A stretch of 40,835 nt of DNA from Candidatus Methylomirabilia bacterium (lineage in GTDB: Bacteria > Methylomirabilota > Methylomirabilia > Rokubacteriales > CSP1-6), in the NCBI GenBank assembly GCA_041497895.1, contig JBGQHJ010000026.1, positions 1 to 40,835 on the forward strand, given 5' to 3'. The notes beneath the pieces were generated by a model. The model had not been told where the DNA came from. It did no database searches and saw only the letters and a list, made by a program, of their open reading frames with translations. Each line of letters starts with the position of its first letter. Position 1 is the stretch's first letter. The position numbers were made by a program, and so were the translations under genes. Shown here piece by piece: positions 1 through 8,247 of the stretch.

Positions 1-597
1 CTCGGCCGCGCGCTGATCGCGGAGGCGCCGGTGTGCCTGATGGACGAGCCGCTCTCCAACCTGGACGCGCAGCTCCGACTCGAGATGCGCCGGGAGATCC
101 GCGGGCTCCAGCAGAGCCTCGGCGTCACCATGGTCTACGTCACCCACGACCAGACCGAGGCCATGAGCATGGCCGACCAGGTCATCCTGCTCCGCGAGGG
201 ACGCGTGGAGCAGGACGCGCCGCCCGACGTCCTCTACGCGCGGCCCGCGACCGCGTTCGCGGCGCGCTTCATCGGCACCCCGCCCATGAACGTCCTCGTG
301 CTCGACGACGGGCGCCGGCTGCTGGGGGTGCGGCCAGAGGACATCCGGGTCGCGCCCGGTCCCGAGCCCGGCGCCGTCGAGGCCGCGGTGCGGAGCATCG
401 AGTACCTCGGGGCCGACTCCATCCTGATGTGCGCGATCGGCGGCCAGGCCCTGGCGGTGCGGGCCCCCGGCCGCGTCACCCTCGCCCCCGGCGCGCGCGC
501 GTACCTCGCGTGGGCGCCGGACGCCGCTCACGTGTTCGACGCGGAGACCGGTCGCCGTCGTGACGAGGTCGCCGACCTTCCATCTATCTCTCGATGA
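1..597 (+). CDS. ABC transporter ATP-binding protein (UgpC/MalK family), 5'-truncated by the window edge
   Basis: Frame is open from base 1 (LGRALIAEAPVCLMDEPLSNLDA: Walker B and D-loop); H-loop YVTHDQTEAM; C-terminal TOBE-like GVRPE...IEYLGAD. Confidence 0.93.
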   Translation, partial: LGRALIAEAPVCLMDEPLSNLDAQLRLEMRREIRGLQQSLGVTMVYVTHDQTEAMSMADQVILLREGRVEQDAPPDVLYARPATAFAARFIGTPPMNVLVLDDGRRLLGVRPEDIRVAPGPEPGAVEAAVRSIEYLGADSILMCAIGGQALAVRAPGRVTLAPGARAYLAWAPDAAHVFDAETGRRRDEVADLPSISR

Positions 598-611
598 CGA
601 GGAGACCATCC

Positions 612-1901
612 ATGATCCCGAGACTGCTCGCATGCCTGCTGCTCGTCGCCCTCGCGGGCGGCGCCTCGCCGGTGATCGCCCAGGGCCCGGTGGAGCTCTA
701 CTTCTACTACCCGGTGGCGGTGGGAGGCCCGGTGACCAAGATCATCGACGGGCTCGCCGCGGACTTCCAGAAGGAGAACCCGGGCATCCACGTCAAGCCG
801 GTCTACGCCGGCACCTACCAGGAGACCATCGTCAAGGTGCTCACCGCGCTCAAGAGCGGCGAGCCGCCCCAGATGTCGGTGCTGCTCTCGACCGACATGT
901 TCACCCTGATCGACGAGGACGCGATCGTGCCCTTCGACGAGATGGCCACCAGCGCGGAGGACAAGGCTTGGCTCAAGAGCTTCTTCCCGGCCTTCATGCT
1001 CAACAGCCAGACCGGGGGCAAGACGTGGGGCATCCCGTTCCAGCGCTCCACCATCGTGCTGTACTGGAACAAGGAGGCCTTCAAGGAGGCCGGCCTCGAT
1101 CCGAACCGACCGCCCGCCACCTGGGCCGAGCAGGTCGAGTACGCGCGCAAGCTCACCCGACGCGACGGCAGCGGCAACGTCACCCAGTGGGGCCTCGAGG
1201 TCCCGTCCTCCGGGTTTCCGTACTGGCTCTTCCAGGGGTTCACCACCCAGAACGACGTGCTCCTGATGAACCAGGCCGGCACCGAGACCTACTACGACAA
1301 GCCGGCGGTGGTGGAGGCGCTCCAGTACTGGGTGGATCTCAGCGGCAAGCACAAGGTGATGCCGACCGGCATCATCGAATGGGGCACGACGCCCAAGGAC
1401 TTCTTCGAGCGGAAGACCGCGATGATGTGGACCACCACCGGCAACCTCACCAACGTGAAGAACAACGCCAAGTTCGAGTTCGGGGTGGCCATGCTGCCGG
1501 CGGGCAAGCGGCGCGGCTCGCCGACCGGGGGCGGCAACTTCCACATCTTCAAGAAGAGCACGCCGGCCCAGCAAGCCGCCTCGCTGAAGTTCATCAAGTG
1601 GATCACCTCGCCCGCTCGGGCCGCGCAGTGGGGTATCGACACCGGCTACGTCGCGGTGCGAGCCGACGCGTGGGAGACACCGGCCATGAAGCAGTACGTC
1701 GCCGGTTTCCCCGCGGCCGCCGTTGCGCGCGATCAGCTGCAGTACGCCGTAGCGGAGCTCTCCACCCACGATAACCAGCGGGTGACCAAGGCACTCAACG
1801 ACGGCTTGCAGGCGGCGCTCACCGGGGCGAAGCCCGCCGACCAGGCCATGAAAGACGCCCAGCGGGAGGCCGAACGTATCCTGCGCCCATATCGTCGTTG
1901 A
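612..1901 (+). CDS. ABC transporter substrate-binding protein, UgpB-like (carbohydrate/glycerol-3-phosphate family)
   Basis: GAGGAG RBS before ATG 612; Sec signal peptide (MIPRLLACLLLVALAG...IAQ); family motifs GIPFQRSTIVLYWNK, PTGGGNF and TGY; operon context. Confidence 0.9.
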   Translation: MIPRLLACLLLVALAGGASPVIAQGPVELYFYYPVAVGGPVTKIIDGLAADFQKENPGIHVKPVYAGTYQETIVKVLTALKSGEPPQMSVLLSTDMFTLIDEDAIVPFDEMATSAEDKAWLKSFFPAFMLNSQTGGKTWGIPFQRSTIVLYWNKEAFKEAGLDPNRPPATWAEQVEYARKLTRRDGSGNVTQWGLEVPSSGFPYWLFQGFTTQNDVLLMNQAGTETYYDKPAVVEALQYWVDLSGKHKVMPTGIIEWGTTPKDFFERKTAMMWTTTGNLTNVKNNAKFEFGVAMLPAGKRRGSPTGGGNFHIFKKSTPAQQAASLKFIKWITSPARAAQWGIDTGYVAVRADAWETPAMKQYVAGFPAAAVARDQLQYAVAELSTHDNQRVTKALNDGLQAALTGAKPADQAMKDAQREAERILRPYRR

Positions 1902-1915
1902 TGCTTGGCCTGGGT

Positions 1916-2090
1916 GTGCGGCGGGCGGGGCCGGCGGCGGGGGGGCGGGGCTCCCGGGAACACGCTGACTCGCCGTCCGTTGCCTGCACTCATGGCGGGC
2001 CACGAGATCTTGGTCTGACGCTTCGGCAACGCGCAGAAGCCACGGTTTCCGGGAGCCCCGCCCCCCCGCCGCCGCCCCCGCCCGCCGCAC
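1916..2090. repeat. 175 bp palindromic element (46 bp inverted arms, 83 bp spacer), MITE/REP-like
   Basis: 1916-1961 is the reverse complement of 2045-2090 with 2 mismatches; the spacer has an inner CGTTGCC/GGCAACG pair. Confidence 0.85.
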
Positions 2091-2100
2091 TGGGGTTGGA

Positions 2101-3039
2101 ATGAGCGACTTGCGCAGCTTGAGCGGCGTGAGCCGCGATTCTCCGGCCCGCGGCTCCGCGGCTCCGCGTCGCTGGCGCGTGCATGTGCAGGGGTGGCTGC
2201 TACTGCTCCCGGCCGCCGTCTTGCTGGTGACGTTTACCCACTTCCCGGTGGTGGCGACGCTGTATCACAGCTTCTTGTCCAACCCGAGGCCGAATCGAGC
2301 GGCGGTGTGGGTGGGGCTGGATAACTATCGGGCGATGGTGGAGGATCCGGTGTTCTGGCAGGTGCTGGGGAACAACGTGTGGTTCGCGGTGGGGACGATT
2401 CCGGTGTCGATCGCGCTCGCGCTGCTGATGGCGGTGTGGGTGAACGGGCGGATCGCGGGGCGCTCGCTGCTGCGGCTCGCCTTCTTCACGCCCACCGTGC
2501 TGCCGATGATCGCGGTGGCCAATATCTGGCTCTTCTTCTACACCCCGGGCTACGGCCTGCTCGAGCAGCTGACCGGGCTCCTCGGGCTGCCGAGCCACAA
2601 CTGGCTCGGCAGCCGGGAGACCGCGCTCGGCTGCCTGGTGGTGGTGACGGTGTGGAAGGAGGCGGGCTTCTTCATGATCTTCTACCTGGCCGCGCTCCAG
2701 TCGCTCTCGCCCCAGCTGGGCGAGGCGGCGGCCCTGATGGGCGCCGGCCGCTGGTACTTCTTCCGCCGTGTGACGTTCCCGCTGCTGATGCCGACGACCC
2801 TCTTCGTGCTGGTGAACGCGGTGATCAACTCGTTCCGGCTGGTGGACCACATCGTGGTCATGACCAAGGGTGGGCCCGACAACGCCACCGCGCTGCTGCT
2901 CTACTACATCTACGACGTGGGCTTCAAGTTCTGGGACCAGGCCTACGCGGCGGCCCTGACCCTGGTCCTGCTCGTGATCCTGGCCGCGGTGGCGCTCGGG
3001 CAGTTCCTGCTCCTGGACCGGCGGGTGCACTACCAGTGA
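2101..3039 (+). CDS. Carbohydrate ABC transporter permease (UgpA-like)
   Basis: Multiple TM segments; WVGLDNY; EAA loop (EAAALMGAGRWYFFRRVTFPLL); MTKGGP. Start could be a downstream GTG. Confidence 0.92.
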   Translation: MSDLRSLSGVSRDSPARGSAAPRRWRVHVQGWLLLLPAAVLLVTFTHFPVVATLYHSFLSNPRPNRAAVWVGLDNYRAMVEDPVFWQVLGNNVWFAVGTIPVSIALALLMAVWVNGRIAGRSLLRLAFFTPTVLPMIAVANIWLFFYTPGYGLLEQLTGLLGLPSHNWLGSRETALGCLVVVTVWKEAGFFMIFYLAALQSLSPQLGEAAALMGAGRWYFFRRVTFPLLMPTTLFVLVNAVINSFRLVDHIVVMTKGGPDNATALLLYYIYDVGFKFWDQAYAAALTLVLLVILAAVALGQFLLLDRRVHYQ

Positions 3040-3836
3040 GCCGCGCGCTCGAGACGACCGGGGCGTGGCTGCTCGGGGTGCTCTGGGCGCTGCCCCTGGC
3101 CTACGCGGTGTGGACCGCCTTCCACCCCGCCGAGTACTCGACGCGCTTCGTCCCGAGCGCGCCGCTCACCCTCGAGAACTTCGCCAAGGCGTGGGCCGCC
3201 GCGCCCTTCGCGCGCTACTTCGTCAACACCACGCTGCTGGTGGCGATGATCCTGGCCGTGCAGCTCGTGCTCTGCACGCTCGCGGCCTACGCCTTCGCCC
3301 GCTTCGCCTTCGCCGGCCGCGCGGTCGCGTTCCTGCTGGTCCTCGTCCAGCTCATGATCATGCCGGACGTGCTGATCGTGGAGAACTACCGCACCATGAG
3401 CCGGCTCGGCATCCTCGACACGCTCTGGGCCATCGGCCTGCCCTACATGGCCTCCGCCTTCGGCATCTTCCTCCTGCGCCAGACCTTCAAGACGGTGCCG
3501 AGGGAGCTCGACGAGGCCGCGCGGGTGGAAGGCGCGGGCGCGCTCGAGACCCTGTGGCGGGTCTACGTGCCGCTGGCCCGGCCGGTGTACATCGCCTACG
3601 GGCTCGTCTCGGTGAGCTACCACTGGAACAACTTCCTGTGGCCGCTGATCGTCACGAACTCGGTGCAGTCGCGGCCGCTCACCGTGGGGTTACAGGTGTT
3701 CTCCTCGGTCGATCAGGGCGTGGACTGGTCGATCATCACCGCGGCCACCCTGATGACCTCGGGCCCGCTGCTGGTGGCCTTCCTGCTCTTCCAGCGCCAG
3801 TTCGTGCAGAGCTTCATGCGCGCGGGCATCCGCTGA
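3036..3836 (+). CDS. Carbohydrate ABC transporter permease (UgpE-like)
   Basis: GTG overlaps the upstream TGA (GTGA); ELDEAARVEGAG EAA loop; WNNFLWPLIV; FQRQFV C-terminus. Confidence 0.92.
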   Translation: MSRALETTGAWLLGVLWALPLAYAVWTAFHPAEYSTRFVPSAPLTLENFAKAWAAAPFARYFVNTTLLVAMILAVQLVLCTLAAYAFARFAFAGRAVAFLLVLVQLMIMPDVLIVENYRTMSRLGILDTLWAIGLPYMASAFGIFLLRQTFKTVPRELDEAARVEGAGALETLWRVYVPLARPVYIAYGLVSVSYHWNNFLWPLIVTNSVQSRPLTVGLQVFSSVDQGVDWSIITAATLMTSGPLLVAFLLFQRQFVQSFMRAGIR

Positions 3837-3854
3837 TCCCACGCATCTCGCGGT

Positions 3855-5795
3855 CTAGCGGTCGCGCTCGCCGCGCGGCCCGCCCTTCTCGCCGCCCCCC
3901 CGCTCGACCGCGCCGCGCTCCGGGGTGCCGCGCCCGGGCTCTTCCGCGCGCCCGGGGCGCTCCGCCGGGCGGCGGCCCTTGGGCTCGGCGCGTCCTTCCG
4001 CGGCCGCCGGGCCTCCGGGGGCGGTCTGGACGCCGGGCGCGGGCGGAGCGGGTGGAGCCGCCTGGCGCGACGGCGCGGCCTCGCGCGCCGCGCCGCCCGG
4101 TGCCGCGGGCTGACCCGCGCCGCGCTCCGCCTTGCCGCGCCCCCGATCGCGGCGCGGGCCGTCTTCGGTCGTGGCGCGCGGGGCCGTGGCGCCCGGCGTG
4201 GCCTGCGGCGTCACCGTTCGCGCGGGCGCGGGCACGATGCGCTGCTGCGGCTGCGCGCCCGCCGCGGGCCCCGCGGACAGCCCCTCCGAGCGCAGCGCGG
4301 GCGAGAGGTCCCGCGGCGCGCGGGTGGCCACCACCGCACGCGTGCGGGCCGCGTCCGGCGGCCGCGTCGCCGCCGGGCCCGATCCCGCCGCGAGGCTCGC
4401 GGCCACCGGCCGCACGTCGGGCGCACCGCGCACCGGAGCGAGCTGGCGCACTAGGCTCGCGTCGGCGAGCCGCACCGGCCGCACCCCGGGATGGCCGAAG
4501 CGATCGGCGGGCACGCCCACCACCGCGTTGGTCACGTTCACGTTGCGGTAGACCGTGATGTTCGTCACGTTGACGGTGGTCGTGCGATTGATCACCACGT
4601 TGTTGACCACGCGCGGCCCGCCCCAGCCGCCCCACCACGCCACGCCCACGAAGCGGGGCCCGCCCCACCAGCGGATCACCGGCTCGCCCCAGCCGAGTGG
4701 GGCCCAGTAGAGCGGGCGGCCGACCACCACCGGCCCGCCGAGGAACACGACGAGGGCGGGCGCGTAGACCGGCCGCACGACGATCGGGCCGGGGGCCCAC
4801 GCCCAGTACGGGCCCACGAAGACCCAGCGGCCGTAGTGATACGGCGCCCAGCCCCACGGCGCCTCGTCGAGCCACGTCCAGCCGAAGCGCGGGTCCCAGA
4901 TCCAGCGTCCGGTGGTGTAGGGCGACCATCCCGCCGGCACGCCCGCCGGCACCCAGACGCTGCCGTAGCTCTCGACGGACCGCCAGCTCCCGTGCTGATC
5001 GAGCGCCTCGCCGCCGTAGACGCCTGCCGGGACGTACTTCGCGCTGGCCGGCTGGATCAGATAGTCGGTGCGCTGGTAGTTCCAGCGATCCCACGTGCTG
5101 AGCGGCGCCGCGGCGCCCGTCTCCACGCGGGGCGCCTCGCCGCCCGAGACCACCACCTGCTGGTTCGTGGCCACCGGCGTCGCGGTGCCGCCCGCTGGGG
5201 TCATGGTCGCGATACCGCCCCGATGCGTCCGGAAGGTGGTCGTGTCCGCCGAGACCTCGGCGTGGTAGTAGCCGGCGCGCTCCATCGTGAACGCGGCCCC
5301 GGGCGTGTCGAGCTCGACGGCGTGTCCGGGCTGGAGCTCGCGCAGATCCACCGCCGCGTAGCCGGCGGTGACGCGCAGCTGCACGAAGTCCGGCTCCTGG
5401 TTGTCGAGGCCGATCTGGGCCCCGTAGGCGCCCCGCACGAACGCGCGCGGCCCCACCTGGATCTCCACGTTGCCGGCCGGCCCGGCGTAGAGCACATCGC
5501 CCGGGGCCAGGGGCATGTTGAGCGCCGCGGCGGTCCAGTCCTGGGCCCCGGGCCGCCAGAGGGAGACATCGCCGTGGAGGAAGCTGATGCGCGCCGGCGT
5601 GGCCTCGGCGGTCTCCTCCGCGCGGCTATCGGTCGGCGCCGGCTGGGGCCCCGGGGCAGGGGGAGCCGGCGTGGCGGGGCCGGGAGGCGGAGCGGGTGCC
5701 GGCGGCGCGCTGCTGCCCGCGCCCGCCGGGCCGAGCCCGGCCAGCAGGAGCGTCAAGGCGAGCAATCCCGCATGGATCCGTCGCATCGTCGGCAT
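3855..5795 (-). CDS. Secreted DUF6600-type protein with FecR-like N-terminal beta domain
   Basis: Signal peptide; ARISFLHGDVS...W...A.LN.PL..GD FecR-like start; Trp/Tyr/Gly-rich region (YGSVWVP, WSPYTTGRW, PWGWAPYHYGRW); Pro/Ala/Arg disordered tail. Start is one of ATG 5807, 5795 or 5786. Confidence 0.82.
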   Translation of the reverse strand: MPTMRRIHAGLLALTLLLAGLGPAGAGSSAPPAPAPPPGPATPAPPAPGPQPAPTDSRAEETAEATPARISFLHGDVSLWRPGAQDWTAAALNMPLAPGDVLYAGPAGNVEIQVGPRAFVRGAYGAQIGLDNQEPDFVQLRVTAGYAAVDLRELQPGHAVELDTPGAAFTMERAGYYHAEVSADTTTFRTHRGGIATMTPAGGTATPVATNQQVVVSGGEAPRVETGAAAPLSTWDRWNYQRTDYLIQPASAKYVPAGVYGGEALDQHGSWRSVESYGSVWVPAGVPAGWSPYTTGRWIWDPRFGWTWLDEAPWGWAPYHYGRWVFVGPYWAWAPGPIVVRPVYAPALVVFLGGPVVVGRPLYWAPLGWGEPVIRWWGGPRFVGVAWWGGWGGPRVVNNVVINRTTTVNVTNITVYRNVNVTNAVVGVPADRFGHPGVRPVRLADASLVRQLAPVRGAPDVRPVAASLAAGSGPAATRPPDAARTRAVVATRAPRDLSPALRSEGLSAGPAAGAQPQQRIVPAPARTVTPQATPGATAPRATTEDGPRRDRGRGKAERGAGQPAAPGGAAREAAPSRQAAPPAPPAPGVQTAPGGPAAAEGRAEPKGRRPAERPGRAEEPGRGTPERGAVERGGGEKGGPRGERDR

Positions 5796-5855
5796 GGTAC
5801 TGATCATCGTATCAGATGGCGTCGAGGCCCCTCGGGAGGATATGCTGGGAGTGAA

Positions 5856-5884
5856 GTAAACAAGTTCGACCGACGCTCGTCATA
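5856..5884 (+). promoter_or_regulatory. Candidate ECF sigma promoter (GTAAAC-N16-CGTCAT)
   Basis: Matches the generic ECF AAC-N16/17-CGT pattern; 11 nt upstream of ATG 5896. Confidence 0.4.
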
Positions 5885-5895
5885 CCGAGGCGACG

Positions 5896-6255
5896 ATGAA
5901 AAAGACAGCCCTGGTGCTCTTGCTGGTCGTCGGAGTGCTCGCGCTCACGGTCACCCCCGGATACACCTGGGGACACGGCCACTGGCGCGGAGGGGTATTC
6001 ATCGGGGTCGGACCCTACTGGGGTCCGTATCCTTACTACTGGTACCCGCCGCCGCCCCCGTACTACTACGCGCCTCCGACCGTAGTGATCGAGCAACCCC
6101 CGGTCTACGTGGAGCAGCAGCCGGCGCCGGCGCCGCCTCCGGCACCCGGGGCGCCCACCGCCTACTGGTACTACTGCTCGAGCGCCAAGGGGTACTACCC
6201 CACGGTCCCGAGCTGTCCGGAGGAGTGGGTGAAGGTTCCGGAGAGGCCGCGGTGA
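5896..6255 (+). CDS. Small secreted Pro/Tyr-rich protein with two C-terminal Cys
   Basis: MKK plus hydrophobic signal peptide; GVFIGVGPYWGPYPYY; YWYYC.S.KGYYP.VP.CP..W C-terminal motif. Confidence 0.85.
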   Translation: MKKTALVLLLVVGVLALTVTPGYTWGHGHWRGGVFIGVGPYWGPYPYYWYPPPPPYYYAPPTVVIEQPPVYVEQQPAPAPPPAPGAPTAYWYYCSSAKGYYPTVPSCPEEWVKVPERPR

Positions 6256-6842
6256 CCAACCCGCGCATCTCCCGGCTCGGCCTGCCTGCTGCCGTCCCGG
6301 TCGCCTTGATCGTCGCGCTGGTCGCGAGCGGCTGCGCTAGCGTTCCGAGCGGGCCCAGCGTGATGGTGCTGCCCGGCACCGGCAAGAGCTTCGAGGTCTT
6401 CCAGACCGACGACGCGGTGTGCCGTCAGTGGGCCGCCCAGCAGACCGGCACCTCCCCGGGCAAGGCCTCGACCGAGAGCACGGTGGGCGGCGCCGCCATC
6501 GGAACCCTGGTGGGCGCGGCGGCCGGCGCGGCCCTCGGGGCCGCCGCCGGCAACCCGGCCATCGGCGCCGCGGCGGGCGCGGGCGTCGGCCTGCTTGGTG
6601 GCACCGCCATCGGGGCGAGCCGTGCCGAGGCGTACGGCGGCTCGGTGCAGCGGCGGTACGACATGGCCTACACGCAGTGCATGTACGCCAAGGGCAACCA
6701 GGTGCCGATGGCGCGCGGCTCGCGCATCCAGCAGCCGGCCGCCGCGGCACCGCCCCCGCCGCCTCCGCCTCCACCGGCCGCGGTCCCGCCCGGCACTCCG
6801 CCGCCTCCGCCGGGCCCGCCGCCTCCGCCGCCGACTCGATAG
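6252..6842 (+). CDS. Glycine-zipper (YMGG-like) lipoprotein
   Basis: GTG overlaps the upstream TGA; lipobox VASG-C; glycine zipper GAAIGTLVGAAAGAALGAAAG...GAAAGAGVGLLGG; Cys pair DDAVC...YTQCMYAKGNQVP; poly-Pro tail. Confidence 0.85.
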   Translation: MTNPRISRLGLPAAVPVALIVALVASGCASVPSGPSVMVLPGTGKSFEVFQTDDAVCRQWAAQQTGTSPGKASTESTVGGAAIGTLVGAAAGAALGAAAGNPAIGAAAGAGVGLLGGTAIGASRAEAYGGSVQRRYDMAYTQCMYAKGNQVPMARGSRIQQPAAAAPPPPPPPPPAAVPPGTPPPPPGPPPPPPTR

Positions 6843-6867
6843 GGCCGCGCAAGCGCAACTTGTAGGA

Positions 6868-6904
6868 GCGCGCGGCGCGGGAAGATCTGCCCGCGGCCGC
6901 GCGC
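6868..6904. terminator. GC-rich hairpin between convergent genes (possible bidirectional terminator)
   Basis: GCGCGCGGC-GCGGG pairs with CCCGCGGCCGCGCGC around an 8 nt loop; no U-tract. Confidence 0.45.
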
Positions 6905-6920
6905 CCGTCGCGCCCCTAGC

Positions 6921-7168
6921 CTACGGCCGGCGCGGCGGTGGAGGCGGCGGGACCACCGTCGTGCCCGCCGGCACCCGCACCCAGTAGTACGGCGACGGGG
7001 TGGTGCCTTCCCCGTAGAAGCTGGTAGCGGCGAGCTCGAGCCACCGAGCACCGCGCCGGTGGTCGGAGCAGACGTCGGATCCTGGGCCGCGGTACAGCCG
7101 CCGAGCAAGGCTACCGCGAGCGACGCGGGCACGACGAGACGCGTGGAGCGCTGGATCGCACGATGCAT
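6921..7168 (-). pseudogene. Probable frameshifted small lipoprotein
   Basis: GAGGAG RBS and ATG 7168; lipobox LLGG-C; the protein-like C-terminus YGEGTTPSPYYWVRVPAGTTVVPPPPPPRRP* lies in a different frame and ends at TAG 6921-6923, next to the hairpin. Confidence 0.5.
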
Positions 7169-7273
7169 GATCGGATCCTCCTCGATCTTCCGAGCGAGCA
7201 TGGGAACCGCCGATCGGACGCGCCGATCCCCGCGCCGGCGCCGCAGGCGCGGGGAGGATCTACCGGGGAAGCC

Positions 7274-7774
7274 TTACCGCGTTCCAGATGTCAGCGGAAC
7301 GCGGGGAGCGCCACCGACTCGCGACGCCGGTGCCCCGTGTCCGGCCGGCCGATCGGCAGGAGCACCACCGGGATCGATAGCGCGCGCGAGGTACCAGGCC
7401 CGGAAGCGGTGGCGCGGCCCGGGCCGCTCCGACGCCGCCAGGCCGATCAGGTCCGCGCGCCAGGCGTGGGCCTCGATCGCCAGCTCGGTCGCGAGGCGGC
7501 CGAAGCGCACGACGTGCTCGACGTCGACCTCCCCGAACTCCCACGTGAGCGCGCCCATCTCTTCGTGCGCGGCCGCGGTCAGCCGCGCCATCTCCCGGTC
7601 CGTGTCCGCGACGATGCGGTCGTATCGGTCGACCCGCGGCGCGGGCAGCGGGCGCATCCACGCCATGCGCACGCCGCCGCCGCTCTCGCGGGCCACCGCG
7701 GCCGCGCGGCGGGCCGCGCTCACCAGGGCGCCGGCGCGGGCCGGGGTGATCACCATCAGCACGCGCTTCGCCAT
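7274..7774 (-). CDS. Universal stress protein (USP)-like protein
   Basis: AAGGAG RBS; MAKRVLMVI N-terminal strand; VEHVVRFG...E...EA....ADLI typical of the USP fold. Confidence 0.65.
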   Translation of the reverse strand: MAKRVLMVITPARAGALVSAARRAAAVARESGGGVRMAWMRPLPAPRVDRYDRIVADTDREMARLTAAAHEEMGALTWEFGEVDVEHVVRFGRLATELAIEAHAWRADLIGLAASERPGPRHRFRAWYLARAIDPGGAPADRPAGHGAPASRVGGAPRVPLTSGTR

Positions 7775-7800
7775 CGTCGTCTCCTTTCGCGGGGCCGCGC

Positions 7801-8106
7801 TCACACGCGATGCACCACGAGCTCGTAGTGATCGGGCAGGCGCGAGATGATCGCGCCGGACACGCTCGCGATGAGGAACTCGTAGCCTCCCGGGGCCGAG
7901 AGGTGCACGCGTCCAGCCCGCCAGGGCCCGCGTGGCTCCACGCGCACCGACAGGACCGACTCGCCGCCGAGGGCTCGGTTCGCGGCCGCGCTGATGTCCG
8001 CGCGCACCCGGTTGGCCCGATGACGGAGGCGGTCCTGCCGCTCACTCCACAGTAGCGCGGCCACGACGGGGCCGACGCCGATCAGTACTCCCAGCACGTC
8101 GTTCAC
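7801..8106 (-). CDS. Hypothetical small membrane-anchored protein (101 aa)
   Basis: AAGGAG RBS before GTG 8106; N-terminal hydrophobic helix; co-oriented with the USP gene. Confidence 0.65.
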   Translation of the reverse strand: MNDVLGVLIGVGPVVAALLWSERQDRLRHRANRVRADISAAANRALGGESVLSVRVEPRGPWRAGRVHLSAPGGYEFLIASVSGAIISRLPDHYELVVHRV

Positions 8107-8231
8107 GATGCGCTCTCCTTCGAGACGTCCGCCGTCGAGGGCCGCGTCTCGCCAAAAGAAAAAGCGCCGTCGCACGATGCAAGCGACGACGCTTGACCGG
8201 AGCCTGCGCTAGCGCTCCCGCCGGAGAACAG

Positions 8232-8247
8232 TGCAGCGATCGTGCCA
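8232..8247 (-). promoter_or_regulatory. Sigma54 (-24/-12) promoter
   Basis: Minus strand TGGCACGATCGCTGCA = GG-N10-GC with a perfect TGGCACG. Confidence 0.65.

Noticed and set aside
1916..2090. 6S RNA identity for the rod-like elements of about 175 nt
   Set aside because: The size fits, but there are two divergent copies with near-perfect low-complexity G/C arms, no recognisable 6S motifs and no own promoter. A repeat element fits better.
6740..6835. CCG-rich tandem repeats as a possible array or VNTR
   Set aside because: They simply encode poly-proline tails. No CRISPR-like repeat-spacer periodicity was seen anywhere in the window.
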